From Prevotellaceae bacterium UBA4359 (lineage in GTDB: Bacteria > Bacteroidota > Bacteroidia > Bacteroidales > Bacteroidaceae): a stretch of 64,000 bases of DNA. Both the position numbers and the translations under genes were made by a program. Of the stretch, positions 18,854 to 28,664 are shown piece by piece. How positions within the stretch are numbered: the first letter of the stretch is position 1; the number at the start of each line of letters is the position of its first letter. The stretch lies in the NCBI GenBank assembly GCA_002393555.1, contig DGSP01000047.1, positions 14,591 to 78,590 on the forward strand, read 5' to 3'. A model generated the notes under the pieces. The model was not told the DNA's origin. It made no database searches and was given only the letters and a program-made list of their open reading frames with translations.

Positions 18854-21800
18854 ATGAAAAATATGCAATCATATAATAACTCAGAAATCCTGCGCATCTG
18901 TAAGTACGGGTTCGCAGCGATGGGATTCCTGCTGGGTACACTTCCTGTTGCAGCACAAGATGAGGCAGAAGCCGATTCTCAAGAAGGAACAGAAGTAGTG
19001 GCTGCTCCCAAGAAGGCAAACCCTGCAAAGAAATATCCCACGGTTGAGGTGAAGGGCAAAGTGGTGGATGCCGCCACGGGCGAGCCTCTTGCCGGTGCCC
19101 AGATTCAGGCCTACAACAACCGCAACTATACGGCCATGGCCGACGAGAATGGCGACTTCACTATCAACGTGCCCAAGTTCGTCACTTCCGTGATTGTGAA
19201 GTTGGAAGGCTATAACCTTGTGCAGACCTCTCTCAACGGACGCACGGAAGGCGTGAACGTCAAACTCTATGCCGACACCTACCTGAAAGACTACGCAGAG
19301 ACAACCGCTGCTGTCAAGTCGGTGAATGCCTATGACTTCGAGCAATCGACCGCCATCACCGTTGACCAGGAAATCCAGAACCGCCTTGGTGCCGATGTAC
19401 GCGGCATTCAGCGTTCAGCCAATCCCGGTCAAGGCGTGGCCATGTTCATCAATGGTCTCAACTCTCTCAACTCAAACGCCATGCCACTCATCATTCTCGA
19501 TGGCGTGGTCTATGACCAGATGTACACCGAAGGCAAGATGATGCACACCGGCTACTTCAACAACCTCTTGCAGTCCATCAACATGGAAGACATCGAGTCC
19601 TTCGAAGTGCTGAAAAATGGTACTGCCATCTATGGTGCAAAGGCTGCCAATGGTGTGATTGTCATCAAGACCAAGCGTTGTCACTCTATGGCAACCCGCA
19701 TTGATGTCAACGCATCGATGGGCATCGACTTCAGACCCAAGACGATAGACGTTATGGGAGCAAGCGATTACCGCAACTACGCTTCCGAAATGTTGGGTAC
19801 GACGAACACGACGCTGTTGGACTTCAAGTTCCTCCAGACCGATGTGATGAAGCCTTATTATAATATGTATCATAACAACACCAACTGGAAAGACGAGGTG
19901 TATCGCACAGCCATCACTCAGAACTATGGCATTGCCATTCAGGGTGGTGACGACATTGCGCAGTACAACCTTTCCATTGGCTATATGGACTCAAAGTCTG
20001 TCTTGAAGAGAAACGACATGCAGCGTTTCAACATCCGCTTCAACACGGACATCATCCTCAACAACTGGTTCACGACCAAGTTTGATGCCAGTTATACGAA
20101 CGTGACCCGCGACCTCCGCAGCGACGGTCTTGAGTCCGACTTCCACCTTCAGTCGTTGGCTGCACCCAGTTTCCTGGCCTATGCCAAGGCACCCTTCCTC
20201 AGCCCATACGACTTCACTTCCGAGTTAGGTGGCAAGTCTCATGTGACATCCTTCATCTCCGATGCCGACGAGTATCTGAACGAGGTGCTGGGCACCAAGG
20301 GCAGTCTCGCCAACCCCACAGCCATCCTTGCGAATGGCGAGGCCAAGAACAAGAACCACACCGACTGCACGATGATTAACATCACCGTGGCCCCTCGTTG
20401 GCAACCCACCAAGAACTTCGGCCTCACCGAGCGTTTCGCCTACACGATGCAGTCGTTTGACGAGGGTTACTTCACCCCCATCATCGGTATGCCAGCCTAT
20501 CGCGAAGAAGGCACCACCGCCACCACCGAGAACAAGAAGTGGTCGCTCTACACCAAGCACAACGCCATCTTCTCCGACACGCAGGCTGACTGGGCCATTC
20601 CTCTGGGTGCCCATCGGTTGGATGTGTTCGGTGGCGTCCGCTTCCTCAGCGACACCTACACCTCTTCCTACCTGATTGGCGACAACACAGGCAACGACAA
20701 GACCCCCAACGTGGCTGCCGATACGCGCAAGCGTCCCGGCTCCGACATCAACTGGAAGTCCCTCTCTTACTATGCCAACGTTAGTTACAACTACATGGAG
20801 AAGTACTACCTGACGGGTCAGTTCTCGTTGGAGACCTCTTCTCGTTTCGGCAAGAAAGCCGATGGTGGCCTGAAGATGTTCGGCGTGGCATGGGGCTTCT
20901 TCCCCTCCATCAATGCAGCCTGGGTGCTCACCAACGAAAATTGGTTCCGTCCCACCAAGGCTGTCAACATGCTGAAACTGAATGCCGGCTTCGAGTCAGT
21001 GGGTAACGATGGCATAGACAACTCAGCCACACTGACCTACCTCTCCTCAGCCGCTCTGCTCAACGACCAGGTGACTTCCATCGGCTTGGGCCGCATCGGT
21101 AACACCAAACTCCGTTGGGAGACGACCAACCGCTTCACGGTAGGTGCCGAAGGTAACTTCTTCAACAACCGCCTGAACCTGAAGGCCAACTACTTCCTCT
21201 CTCGGACCAACAATCTCGTGACACTCGGCACGATGGCCTACGTGGCGGGTCTGACCGACTACTACACCAACGGTGGCTCTCTGCAGAACCAGGGCTTCGA
21301 TGTAGCCTTCAATGCCAAACTCATCAATGAGCGCAACTTCAAGTTCGAGTTGGGCGCTTCGATGGGTCACTACAAGAACAAGATTAAGTCGCTGCCACAA
21401 GGTCAGAAATACTTCAACACCGACATGTACGGTGGCACCATCCGCACCGCAGTGGGCAGTCCTGCTGGCCTCTTCTACGGCTACAAGACCAAAGGTGTCT
21501 ATAAGGATGCCGAGGCCGTGGCCAAGTATGGCAACCTCTACATCACCGACCAGGCTGGCAACAAGACTCCCTTCCAGTCGGGCGACGTGATTTTTGAGGA
21601 CTTGAACGGCGACGGCCAGATTGGTGAGATTGACTACAACGACGACGGCGTCATCGACGCAAGCGAGACCGACCGCACCGTCATCGGCGACCCCAATCCC
21701 GACATCTACGGCAACATCCACATGAACTTCCGCTTCGGACAGCGCTGGTCGCTGGCTGCCAACTTCAACTACTCAGTTGGCAACGACATCTACAACTATC

Positions 21801-22189
21801 AGCGCGCCTTGCTGGAGTCTGGCTCCATGTTCATCAACCAGACGACAGCCCTCAACCGCCGCTGGACCACCGAAGGTCAAGTCACCGATGTTCCCCGTGC
21901 CGTCTATGGCGACCCGATGGGCAACAGCCGCTTCTCCGACCGTTGGATTGAGAACGGTTCCTATCTGAAACTGAAGAATGTGACACTTTCCTACAAAGTT
22001 CCCGTGCAGAACGAGTACATTCAGGGCATCACCCTTTGGGCCGCTGCCAACAACCTGTTCACGTTCACGAAGTATCTGGGTTCCGACCCCGAAGTGACCT
22101 GTGGCAATGGCGTTCTCATGCAGGGCATCGACGCTGGCTACCTCTCTTCAGGCCGCAGCATCCATGTAGGTGTTAAGATTAACCTCTAA
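18854..22189 (+). CDS. SusC/RagA-family TonB-dependent outer membrane transporter (pair 2)
   Basis: 1111 aa. CarboxypepD_reg-like domain (VKGKVVDAATGEPLAGAQIQAY...ENGDFTINV), plug (FINGLNSLNSNAMPLIILDGV), and a barrel with C-terminal ...SIHVGVKINL. Confidence 0.92.
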   Translation: MKNMQSYNNSEILRICKYGFAAMGFLLGTLPVAAQDEAEADSQEGTEVVAAPKKANPAKKYPTVEVKGKVVDAATGEPLAGAQIQAYNNRNYTAMADENGDFTINVPKFVTSVIVKLEGYNLVQTSLNGRTEGVNVKLYADTYLKDYAETTAAVKSVNAYDFEQSTAITVDQEIQNRLGADVRGIQRSANPGQGVAMFINGLNSLNSNAMPLIILDGVVYDQMYTEGKMMHTGYFNNLLQSINMEDIESFEVLKNGTAIYGAKAANGVIVIKTKRCHSMATRIDVNASMGIDFRPKTIDVMGASDYRNYASEMLGTTNTTLLDFKFLQTDVMKPYYNMYHNNTNWKDEVYRTAITQNYGIAIQGGDDIAQYNLSIGYMDSKSVLKRNDMQRFNIRFNTDIILNNWFTTKFDASYTNVTRDLRSDGLESDFHLQSLAAPSFLAYAKAPFLSPYDFTSELGGKSHVTSFISDADEYLNEVLGTKGSLANPTAILANGEAKNKNHTDCTMINITVAPRWQPTKNFGLTERFAYTMQSFDEGYFTPIIGMPAYREEGTTATTENKKWSLYTKHNAIFSDTQADWAIPLGAHRLDVFGGVRFLSDTYTSSYLIGDNTGNDKTPNVAADTRKRPGSDINWKSLSYYANVSYNYMEKYYLTGQFSLETSSRFGKKADGGLKMFGVAWGFFPSINAAWVLTNENWFRPTKAVNMLKLNAGFESVGNDGIDNSATLTYLSSAALLNDQVTSIGLGRIGNTKLRWETTNRFTVGAEGNFFNNRLNLKANYFLSRTNNLVTLGTMAYVAGLTDYYTNGGSLQNQGFDVAFNAKLINERNFKFELGASMGHYKNKIKSLPQGQKYFNTDMYGGTIRTAVGSPAGLFYGYKTKGVYKDAEAVAKYGNLYITDQAGNKTPFQSGDVIFEDLNGDGQIGEIDYNDDGVIDASETDRTVIGDPNPDIYGNIHMNFRFGQRWSLAANFNYSVGNDIYNYQRALLESGSMFINQTTALNRRWTTEGQVTDVPRAVYGDPMGNSRFSDRWIENGSYLKLKNVTLSYKVPVQNEYIQGITLWAAANNLFTFTKYLGSDPEVTCGNGVLMQGIDAGYLSSGRSIHVGVKINL

Positions 22190-22206
22190 TATTTGCAATG
22201 TTAATT

Positions 22207-24318
22207 ATGAAAATAAAATCAATCATAGCATGTGGCATGCTCCTGCTCACAGTGGGGGCAGCCACCACGTCCTGCGAAGACATGTTCACAGCCGAGAACA
22301 AGTTGGTGTCGGAAGAACTCGCGCCTAAGGATACACTCTATCAGGTGATGGGCATTGTGAAGCGCATGCAGAAACTGGCCGACAAGTCGGTGCTGTTGGG
22401 TGAGATTCGTGCCGACCTCGTGACCGTGAATTCAGATGTGGCTTCGACCGACATTCAGGACCTTCACGACAACAATGTCCGTTTCGACAACCTCTATAAC
22501 AAGCCGTCCGACTACTACGATGTCATCAACAACTGCAACATCTACCTTGCCCACGTTGATTCCCTGCTCATGTCGCACGGTGACTACTACTACGAGAAAG
22601 AAATCTGCGCCGTCAAGTGCTTCCGTGCCTGGTGCTATCTCGAACTGGTCAAGATTTATGGTGAGGTTCCCTACATCACCAAGCCTTTGACCACAGCCGA
22701 TGCAGCCGAAAGCATCGTGGCTTCGGGACAGAAGCAAGACATGCTCTACATCTTGAACCAATGCATCAACGACCTGAAGGACTATGCCTTGAAGGACGAA
22801 AACAATGCCCTCCGTCCCAGTTACGGAGCCTCTTGGTCGGGCATCTCATACGCCAACTTCTTCATTCCCGTCCGTGCGATGCTGGCCGAACTCTATCTCT
22901 GGAAAGGCACTTGCACAGGCGAGCAAGCCGACTACAAAGATGCCGTGCGCATGTATCACGACTTCTTCAACTTCCCAGGCGAGGAGCGCGGCATTGTTCC
23001 TTCGGCTAATATCACAGGAGTGGCAAGTTGGGCCAACCGTTCCCACATGGGCAATCCCACTACCAACAACACCTATCCCATCAATCGTTTCTCGCTGGGT
23101 GGCAACCAAACGATGGAGCAAGTCGGTGTCATCCCCTGCGACACCTCTTCCTACTATGGCAACACTTCCGAACTCCGCACGGTGTTCTGCTCGCTGTATG
23201 CCAACAACTACTATCCTTGGGTGATACCGTCTCAGCGCATACGAGCCATCTCCACCAGCCAGGTGTATTGGTACTATCAGTATGTGCAGAATCCAGCCTA
23301 TAGCATGGATTTCTCCACCAACCCCAACGACTACGACTCGCCAGACTATGTAGGCGACCTGCGTCTGCCCAGCGTCTATTACACCATGAGCAATGCTTCG
23401 CGCAGCCGCTACGATGCCAACCTGAACAGCGAGATGTCTTTCATCCGCAAGTGGACCGCTGGCAACCTCATGCTGTCCTCCGACCAGAAGAACCCCTTCG
23501 TTCCCTACTTCCGCGTCTCCATTCTCTATCTCCACATGGCCGAAGCACTCAACCGTGCCGGTTTCCCCGAGACCGCTTTCGCCGTGCTGAAGCATGGTCT
23601 GACCTACGATGTGATGAACGACCGTTCCATCATCTCTCAGCAAGAATTCGACGCATTGTGCGAAATCAAGTCTTACGGCTTCGCCAACATCGAGTCGAAG
23701 TATGAAAATAACAGCGAACTCAGCAGCAAAGCCAACTCCAGTTTCGTCATTTGGAACTCCAACAAGTTTGAGAGTCCAGCCATCGAGGAAATAGGCCAGA
23801 GTTGGTTGCACCTGCCCGCCGATGCTCCGAGAAATGCCATCATGCAGATAGGCATCCACTCTTTGGGTTCAGGCACCAGTTCGCTCAACACCTTCTACTA
23901 TCTCGACGACGAGGAGACTCAGTCGCACAAGCGTGAGTATTACGAACTGCCCGACACCGTGGCACTGCCCAGACGTAATCCAACCGAAGAGCAAATCGCA
24001 GCATGGAAGGAATCCATCGAGGCTCTCAACGCTGTCATCGAGCAGAACAAGGAGATTGATGCCGAGTATGCCGAATACCTCAACACTCCCGAGGTGAAGC
24101 AGAAGCGTCAGGCACGTGTGGCTCGCCTCATCCTCGACGAGGAAGCCCTCGAAGGCGCATTCGAAGGTCATCGTTTCTACGACCTCATGCGCTATCAGAA
24201 GCAAGAAGGCCAGTTCCAGACTACCATCACGCTGCCAAGTTACATCAGCGAAGAGTATAAGACAAGCGAAGACAACATGACCGGCAAACCGTGGTTCCTC
24301 ACCTTGCCGTCGCGCTAA
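22207..24318 (+). CDS. SusD/RagB-family lipoprotein (pair 2)
   Basis: I prefer the start at the second ATG (MKIKSIIACGMLLLTVGAATTSC, then EDMF); the alternative ATG is at 22198. SusD-like C-terminus: LDEEALEGAFEGHRFYDLMRY. Confidence 0.88.
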   Translation: MKIKSIIACGMLLLTVGAATTSCEDMFTAENKLVSEELAPKDTLYQVMGIVKRMQKLADKSVLLGEIRADLVTVNSDVASTDIQDLHDNNVRFDNLYNKPSDYYDVINNCNIYLAHVDSLLMSHGDYYYEKEICAVKCFRAWCYLELVKIYGEVPYITKPLTTADAAESIVASGQKQDMLYILNQCINDLKDYALKDENNALRPSYGASWSGISYANFFIPVRAMLAELYLWKGTCTGEQADYKDAVRMYHDFFNFPGEERGIVPSANITGVASWANRSHMGNPTTNNTYPINRFSLGGNQTMEQVGVIPCDTSSYYGNTSELRTVFCSLYANNYYPWVIPSQRIRAISTSQVYWYYQYVQNPAYSMDFSTNPNDYDSPDYVGDLRLPSVYYTMSNASRSRYDANLNSEMSFIRKWTAGNLMLSSDQKNPFVPYFRVSILYLHMAEALNRAGFPETAFAVLKHGLTYDVMNDRSIISQQEFDALCEIKSYGFANIESKYENNSELSSKANSSFVIWNSNKFESPAIEEIGQSWLHLPADAPRNAIMQIGIHSLGSGTSSLNTFYYLDDEETQSHKREYYELPDTVALPRRNPTEEQIAAWKESIEALNAVIEQNKEIDAEYAEYLNTPEVKQKRQARVARLILDEEALEGAFEGHRFYDLMRYQKQEGQFQTTITLPSYISEEYKTSEDNMTGKPWFLTLPSR

Positions 24319-24341
24319 CACTCATTCTGAATAACCCTGCA

Positions 24342-24382
24342 AGCGGGGCCTGTGTCAACACCGACACAGGCCCCGCTTTTTT
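24342..24382 (+). terminator. Intrinsic terminator closing the SusC/D-FAS1 operon
   Basis: 15-bp perfect stem AGCGGGGCCTGTGTC / GACACAGGCCCCGCT, 6-nt loop, T-run to 24382. Confidence 0.88.
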
Positions 24383-24404
24383 CTTCCCTCCCGTCACCCT
24401 TTTG

Positions 24405-24473
24405 GCCGTACCCCTCGACTACGCTCTGCCGTACCCCTCGACTACGCCGTGCCGTACCCCTCGACTACGGTCA
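24405..24473. repeat. 3 x 23-bp direct tandem repeat
   Basis: GCCGTACCCCTCGACTACG + 4 variable nt occurs three times, at 24405, 24428 and 24451. The 19-nt core is identical in all copies. Confidence 0.9.
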
Positions 24474-24534
24474 ATCGCACTCGTCGAGCGCAGTGCATCG
24501 CGGTCGTCGAATGCGATTTCTTTCTTCTTTCCTC

Positions 24535-24564
24535 TTGTTATGTGAAATATTTTCTCTACCTTTG
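24535..24564 (+). promoter_or_regulatory. Candidate Bacteroidota-type promoter for the 1342-aa gene
   Basis: -7 box TACCTTTG (24557-24564) matches TAnnTTTG. A cTTG lies 19 nt upstream (24535-24537). The ATG is at 24593. Confidence 0.45.
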
Positions 24565-24592
24565 CATGTGAAGACCTTTTTCAGTCTCTCAC

Positions 24593-27500
24593 ATGAACCC
24601 CAAATCAAAGCCTATGCGCCGATTCCTCCTGTTTTCACTTCTCTTTGTGCTGGCACATCTGGTGTTGGCACAGCAACAACAATACAGTGGACGGCTCGTC
24701 GATGCCGAGACCGGCGAGCCTATGGCCTTCGCCAATCTCTATGTGGCAGCCGGACGCGGTGCGCTGACCAATCTCGATGGGCAGTACACCCTTGTGGCCA
24801 CCCCCGACGAGGAGGTGCGCATCTCGTTCGTGGGCTATTCCACGCTCACCCTGCGGGCTGCCGACCTGAAGCCCCTCCTGCAGATGCAGCCCCTTTCGCA
24901 GAGACTCAACGAAGTGACTGTGCTCAGCACCGATGCCATCCTGATGCGGGTGCGCGACCAGTTGCGCTCCGACTTTTCTAAGCACCAACGACGGCAGTCG
25001 CACTACTTCTGCCGCATGACCTTCCTGAAGGACGAACAGACCGAGATGGTCGAGGCTTTCTTGGAGGCCAACTCAGCCGTGAATCTGCGCAACCTCGGTG
25101 TGACCAACGGCCAATACTGGGCCAAGTCGCCCACGGGACGCATACAGTCCAATCTGCGCAACACCAACCTGCACGTCAACTACACCCTTGGCCCCATGAT
25201 TCGGGGCAACGAACTCTGGAAAGATGTCCTCATCGTCCCCTTTCCCGAAGAGGGACGTGAAAAATACCTGCACGACCACTATGAGGTGGCACAGACCACC
25301 CTCTCTGGCCGTGGCGACCGCACCATCTATGCCATCACCCTCACCCCCAAAGAGCAGCGCAGGAACCGTCCCATTCTGGGTGGCACCCTCTATGTCGATG
25401 CCGAGACCCTGCATCTGCTCCGTTTCGACGGCACCATCTATGCCGTCAAGGCTGCTGCCACCTACGGTGTGCAGAAAGAGCGAACCACTCTCGACATCGC
25501 CGTCAAAATCAACTATCGCCACAAGAACGGCTTCACCGAGGTGAACGACATTTCCAGTTCTGCCCTCAACGACGAGGTGCAGTGCCACACCGTGCTGACC
25601 AATGTGGAAGACTACCACCTGCCCCTCACCTATGGCGAGAAGATTGGCCACAACCTCCTTTCGGCCATCGAGCGCGCCGGCACCAACCCCGAGGTGGAAA
25701 GCCGCTACACCTTCATTCCCCGCACTCATGAGGAGATAGCCGTGGCGTCCTCCTCCGCCTCTTCCTCCGAAAGCACCGCCGCAACCGACCGCCCCGTCCC
25801 GGCCTCTTCCTCCGAGTCCCATCCAGCCGACGAAGGCGAAGCCCTGCTCTCCCGTCTGGAACACCTCACCGACACCATCGGTCCTTTGGCCTACATCCAG
25901 AAGGCCATGCGCTTCGGCCAGGCCTATCCGCAGGAGAAAGTCTATCTGCACCTCGACAACACGGGCTATTTCAAAGGCGAAACCATCTGGTTCAAAGCCT
26001 ACGTGACCCGCACCGACGAGGAGAGCCGCACCGACCTGAGCAAGGTGCTCTATGTGGAACTGCTCAGCCCCTCGGGCGACGTGGTGGAGCGGCGCAAACT
26101 GCCTATCCGTAACGGTGAAGCCTACGGTGACATCCGTGTAGATAGCATCCTGCTCACGGGCTTCTACGAACTGCGGGCCTACACTCGCGCCATGACCAAC
26201 TGGGGCACTCAGGCCTGCTACTCGCGTGTCATCCCCATCTTCCGTGCTCCAGCCCGTGAGGGCGACTACACCCAGCCTTCCATCGACCGTCTCTCCTATC
26301 GCCACCGTCTGAACAACGAGCGTCAGACTTCGGCTGATGTGGCAAACGGCAATATCGTTGTGCTCGATGCAGACGGACAGGAGCAGGCATCGGACCCTGA
26401 GAAAAAAAGAGCCTTCAATGTACACTTCTATCCCGAAGGCGGGGCCTTGGTGCAGGGACTTCCCTCGCGCGTGGCCTTCACCGCCACCGACCGCGATGGC
26501 GCGCCACTGGCTCTCGTGGGCTATCTGGCCGATGAGGATGGCACTCGCCGTGGCGACATCAGCACCGATGCCGAAGGGCGTGGACTCTTCATGCTCCCGG
26601 CCGACAATGTGGCCACGAAAGCCATCGTGCGCAGAGCCGATGAGGGTGGGGAAGAGCGTGTGTTCATGCTGCCCGAAGCGTTGCCGTCGGGCTGCACCAT
26701 GACCGTCGATGCCTTGGCTGACGACCGCATCTCAGCCGACCTCTACTGCTCGTCCTCGCTTGTGGGTCAGCAACTGGGCTATGTGGTGATGCACGGAGGG
26801 AAAATCGTCCGTTGCGACACACTCACGGCCCGCCCTCACCACAGCCTCACCTTTGTTCGTCAGTATCTGCCAACAGGTGTGAGCCAACTCACCCTGTTCG
26901 ACGCTCAGGGCCGCATCCTCTCCGAACGCCTCTTCTTCATCATCCCCCCTGCCACCGCAGCCGACAGCATCAGCGTCAGCAGTGTCAACGAACACTTGAC
27001 GGCTTGCGGCAAGGTGGCCTTCGACCTGCAGGCAGCCCCCAACGCCACCCTCTCTTTCTCGGCCATCGATGCTGCCGGCATGGTGAACGGCAACTATGGC
27101 AACATGCGCACTTGGCTGCTCTTGGGCAGCGAGGTGAAGGGCTACATCCATCGCCCCGAACGCTATCTGGAGGCTGACGATGAAGCTCACCGCCGCATGG
27201 CCGACTTGCTCATGCTCGTGCAGGGCTGGCGACGCTATGACTGGCAACTCATGTCGGGACAAGCCACCTGGGCCAAGCATCAGCCAGTGGAGGACAGGCT
27301 TTTCCTTTTCGGCGAGGTGAAGGGGGCTAAGAAGAACCTCAATGTGGAGGGTGTGGATGTGACAGCCCACTTCTACAATGCTGGCGGCCAGTCGTTCAGT
27401 GCCACGACCACCACCACCGAGTTGGGGCAGTATGGCTTTGCCTTGCCCAACATCGGTGGCGAATGGAACTTGCAGTTGCAGGCCCAAAAGGGGGATGTGC

Positions 27501-28621
27501 CAGAGGCATACGTGGTGGGCATCGACCGCCACTTTTCGCCTGCACCGCGCTACTTGTCGCCACAAGAGATGCAGGTGCTGCCCGTGGAGGAAGACCGCGC
27601 TTTCCGTTGGAGCATTCCGGCGGAAGACACGGTGAAGTGGGTGAGCATCACGAAGAAAGACCATCTGCTGAAAAACGTGACCGTGAAGGCCAAACGCCGC
27701 GTGTGGGACCGCACGGGCTGGAACGACGAGACCAGTGCGCGCCACTTGTCGATGATTTTCTACGACTGCGACGAGGCTTCTGACCGCATAGCCGATGAAG
27801 GCGAATCAGACCCCGGCTTTTGCAATTGGCTTTTGGAAAAGAACAACCTCTTTGGTGGGTCATCCACCACCGATGATGTCATGGTGGGGGTGCCGCTCAC
27901 CTACGGACATCCCATTGCTATCTATGGCGACAGCCTGCGTAGTGGAGGGCGCAACACCCATGTGATTGTGGAGATAGACAACTACACTGCTGGACACCCC
28001 GATGACATGGATGCTTTCCAATGGCGGACCGACACACCAGGCGGATTCTTGCGTTTCTATGGCGATGGATTCTCCTATAAGGGACGCCCCATCGTCTGGG
28101 TGGTTGACAATCAGTTCTGCACCATCACCAATTTCCGCCTGCGTCGAGACGGAGTGCTGTCGCGCTATCTGGACACGACCGCCATGTTTGCTTCGGTCAA
28201 CCACACCGACAATCGCTCCAACGCCAATACCGAACTCCCCTTGTGGCTGGAGGATGTGAAGGCGGTCTATATCTCTGAGAACACTGAGGGACTGCACCAG
28301 CATCTCTACATCGATGAGGTGGACTACCAGAACCCCGTGGTCATTTACTGCTACACCCACCGCCGTCTGCAACAGAAGGAGAAAGGTGTGCGCTACACCC
28401 ACTACCAGGGCTTCAACGTGCCCAGCACCTTCGAGATGGAGGACTATAGCATCGTGCCGCCTGTGGAGGACTTCCGACGCACCCTCTACTGGAACCCCAA
28501 CGTGAAACTCGACCGCCGAGGCCATGCCACCGTGGAGTTCTACAACAACTCCTCCTGCACCGAAATGTTCGTCAGTGCCGAAGGTATGACTCCCGAAGGC
28601 AAACCGCTAAGTGCATATTAA
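24593..28621 (+). CDS. Large secreted CarboxypepD_reg-like / MG2 (alpha-2-macroglobulin N-terminal-like) domain protein, function unknown
   Basis: 1342 aa with signal peptide MRRFLLFSLLFVLAHLVLAQ (alternative start 24614). CarboxypepD_reg motif: YSGRLVDAETGEPMAFANLYV...LDGQYTLVA...VRISFVGY. MG2-like block: KVYLHLDNTGYFKGETIWFKAYVT...LYVELLSPSGDVV. Conserved LLMLVQGWRRYDW motif. Confidence 0.75.
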   Translation: MNPKSKPMRRFLLFSLLFVLAHLVLAQQQQYSGRLVDAETGEPMAFANLYVAAGRGALTNLDGQYTLVATPDEEVRISFVGYSTLTLRAADLKPLLQMQPLSQRLNEVTVLSTDAILMRVRDQLRSDFSKHQRRQSHYFCRMTFLKDEQTEMVEAFLEANSAVNLRNLGVTNGQYWAKSPTGRIQSNLRNTNLHVNYTLGPMIRGNELWKDVLIVPFPEEGREKYLHDHYEVAQTTLSGRGDRTIYAITLTPKEQRRNRPILGGTLYVDAETLHLLRFDGTIYAVKAAATYGVQKERTTLDIAVKINYRHKNGFTEVNDISSSALNDEVQCHTVLTNVEDYHLPLTYGEKIGHNLLSAIERAGTNPEVESRYTFIPRTHEEIAVASSSASSSESTAATDRPVPASSSESHPADEGEALLSRLEHLTDTIGPLAYIQKAMRFGQAYPQEKVYLHLDNTGYFKGETIWFKAYVTRTDEESRTDLSKVLYVELLSPSGDVVERRKLPIRNGEAYGDIRVDSILLTGFYELRAYTRAMTNWGTQACYSRVIPIFRAPAREGDYTQPSIDRLSYRHRLNNERQTSADVANGNIVVLDADGQEQASDPEKKRAFNVHFYPEGGALVQGLPSRVAFTATDRDGAPLALVGYLADEDGTRRGDISTDAEGRGLFMLPADNVATKAIVRRADEGGEERVFMLPEALPSGCTMTVDALADDRISADLYCSSSLVGQQLGYVVMHGGKIVRCDTLTARPHHSLTFVRQYLPTGVSQLTLFDAQGRILSERLFFIIPPATAADSISVSSVNEHLTACGKVAFDLQAAPNATLSFSAIDAAGMVNGNYGNMRTWLLLGSEVKGYIHRPERYLEADDEAHRRMADLLMLVQGWRRYDWQLMSGQATWAKHQPVEDRLFLFGEVKGAKKNLNVEGVDVTAHFYNAGGQSFSATTTTTELGQYGFALPNIGGEWNLQLQAQKGDVPEAYVVGIDRHFSPAPRYLSPQEMQVLPVEEDRAFRWSIPAEDTVKWVSITKKDHLLKNVTVKAKRRVWDRTGWNDETSARHLSMIFYDCDEASDRIADEGESDPGFCNWLLEKNNLFGGSSTTDDVMVGVPLTYGHPIAIYGDSLRSGGRNTHVIVEIDNYTAGHPDDMDAFQWRTDTPGGFLRFYGDGFSYKGRPIVWVVDNQFCTITNFRLRRDGVLSRYLDTTAMFASVNHTDNRSNANTELPLWLEDVKAVYISENTEGLHQHLYIDEVDYQNPVVIYCYTHRRLQQKEKGVRYTHYQGFNVPSTFEMEDYSIVPPVEDFRRTLYWNPNVKLDRRGHATVEFYNNSSCTEMFVSAEGMTPEGKPLSAY

Positions 28622-28664
28622 ACGTGCAGAAATGTAACCGCTTGAATTTAAGACATGAAGATAT

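Noticed and set aside
24352-24981. 209-aa ORF spanning the terminator, the tandem repeats, the promoter and the 5' part of the 1342-aa gene
   Set aside because: It runs through non-coding signals and is out of frame with a gene that has a clear signal peptide and CarboxypepD_reg domain.
25073-26425. 450-aa antisense ORF (also 26732-27745 and 27860-28525) inside the 1342-aa gene
   Set aside because: GC-driven shadow ORFs with Gly/Val/Ala-rich translations and no motifs.
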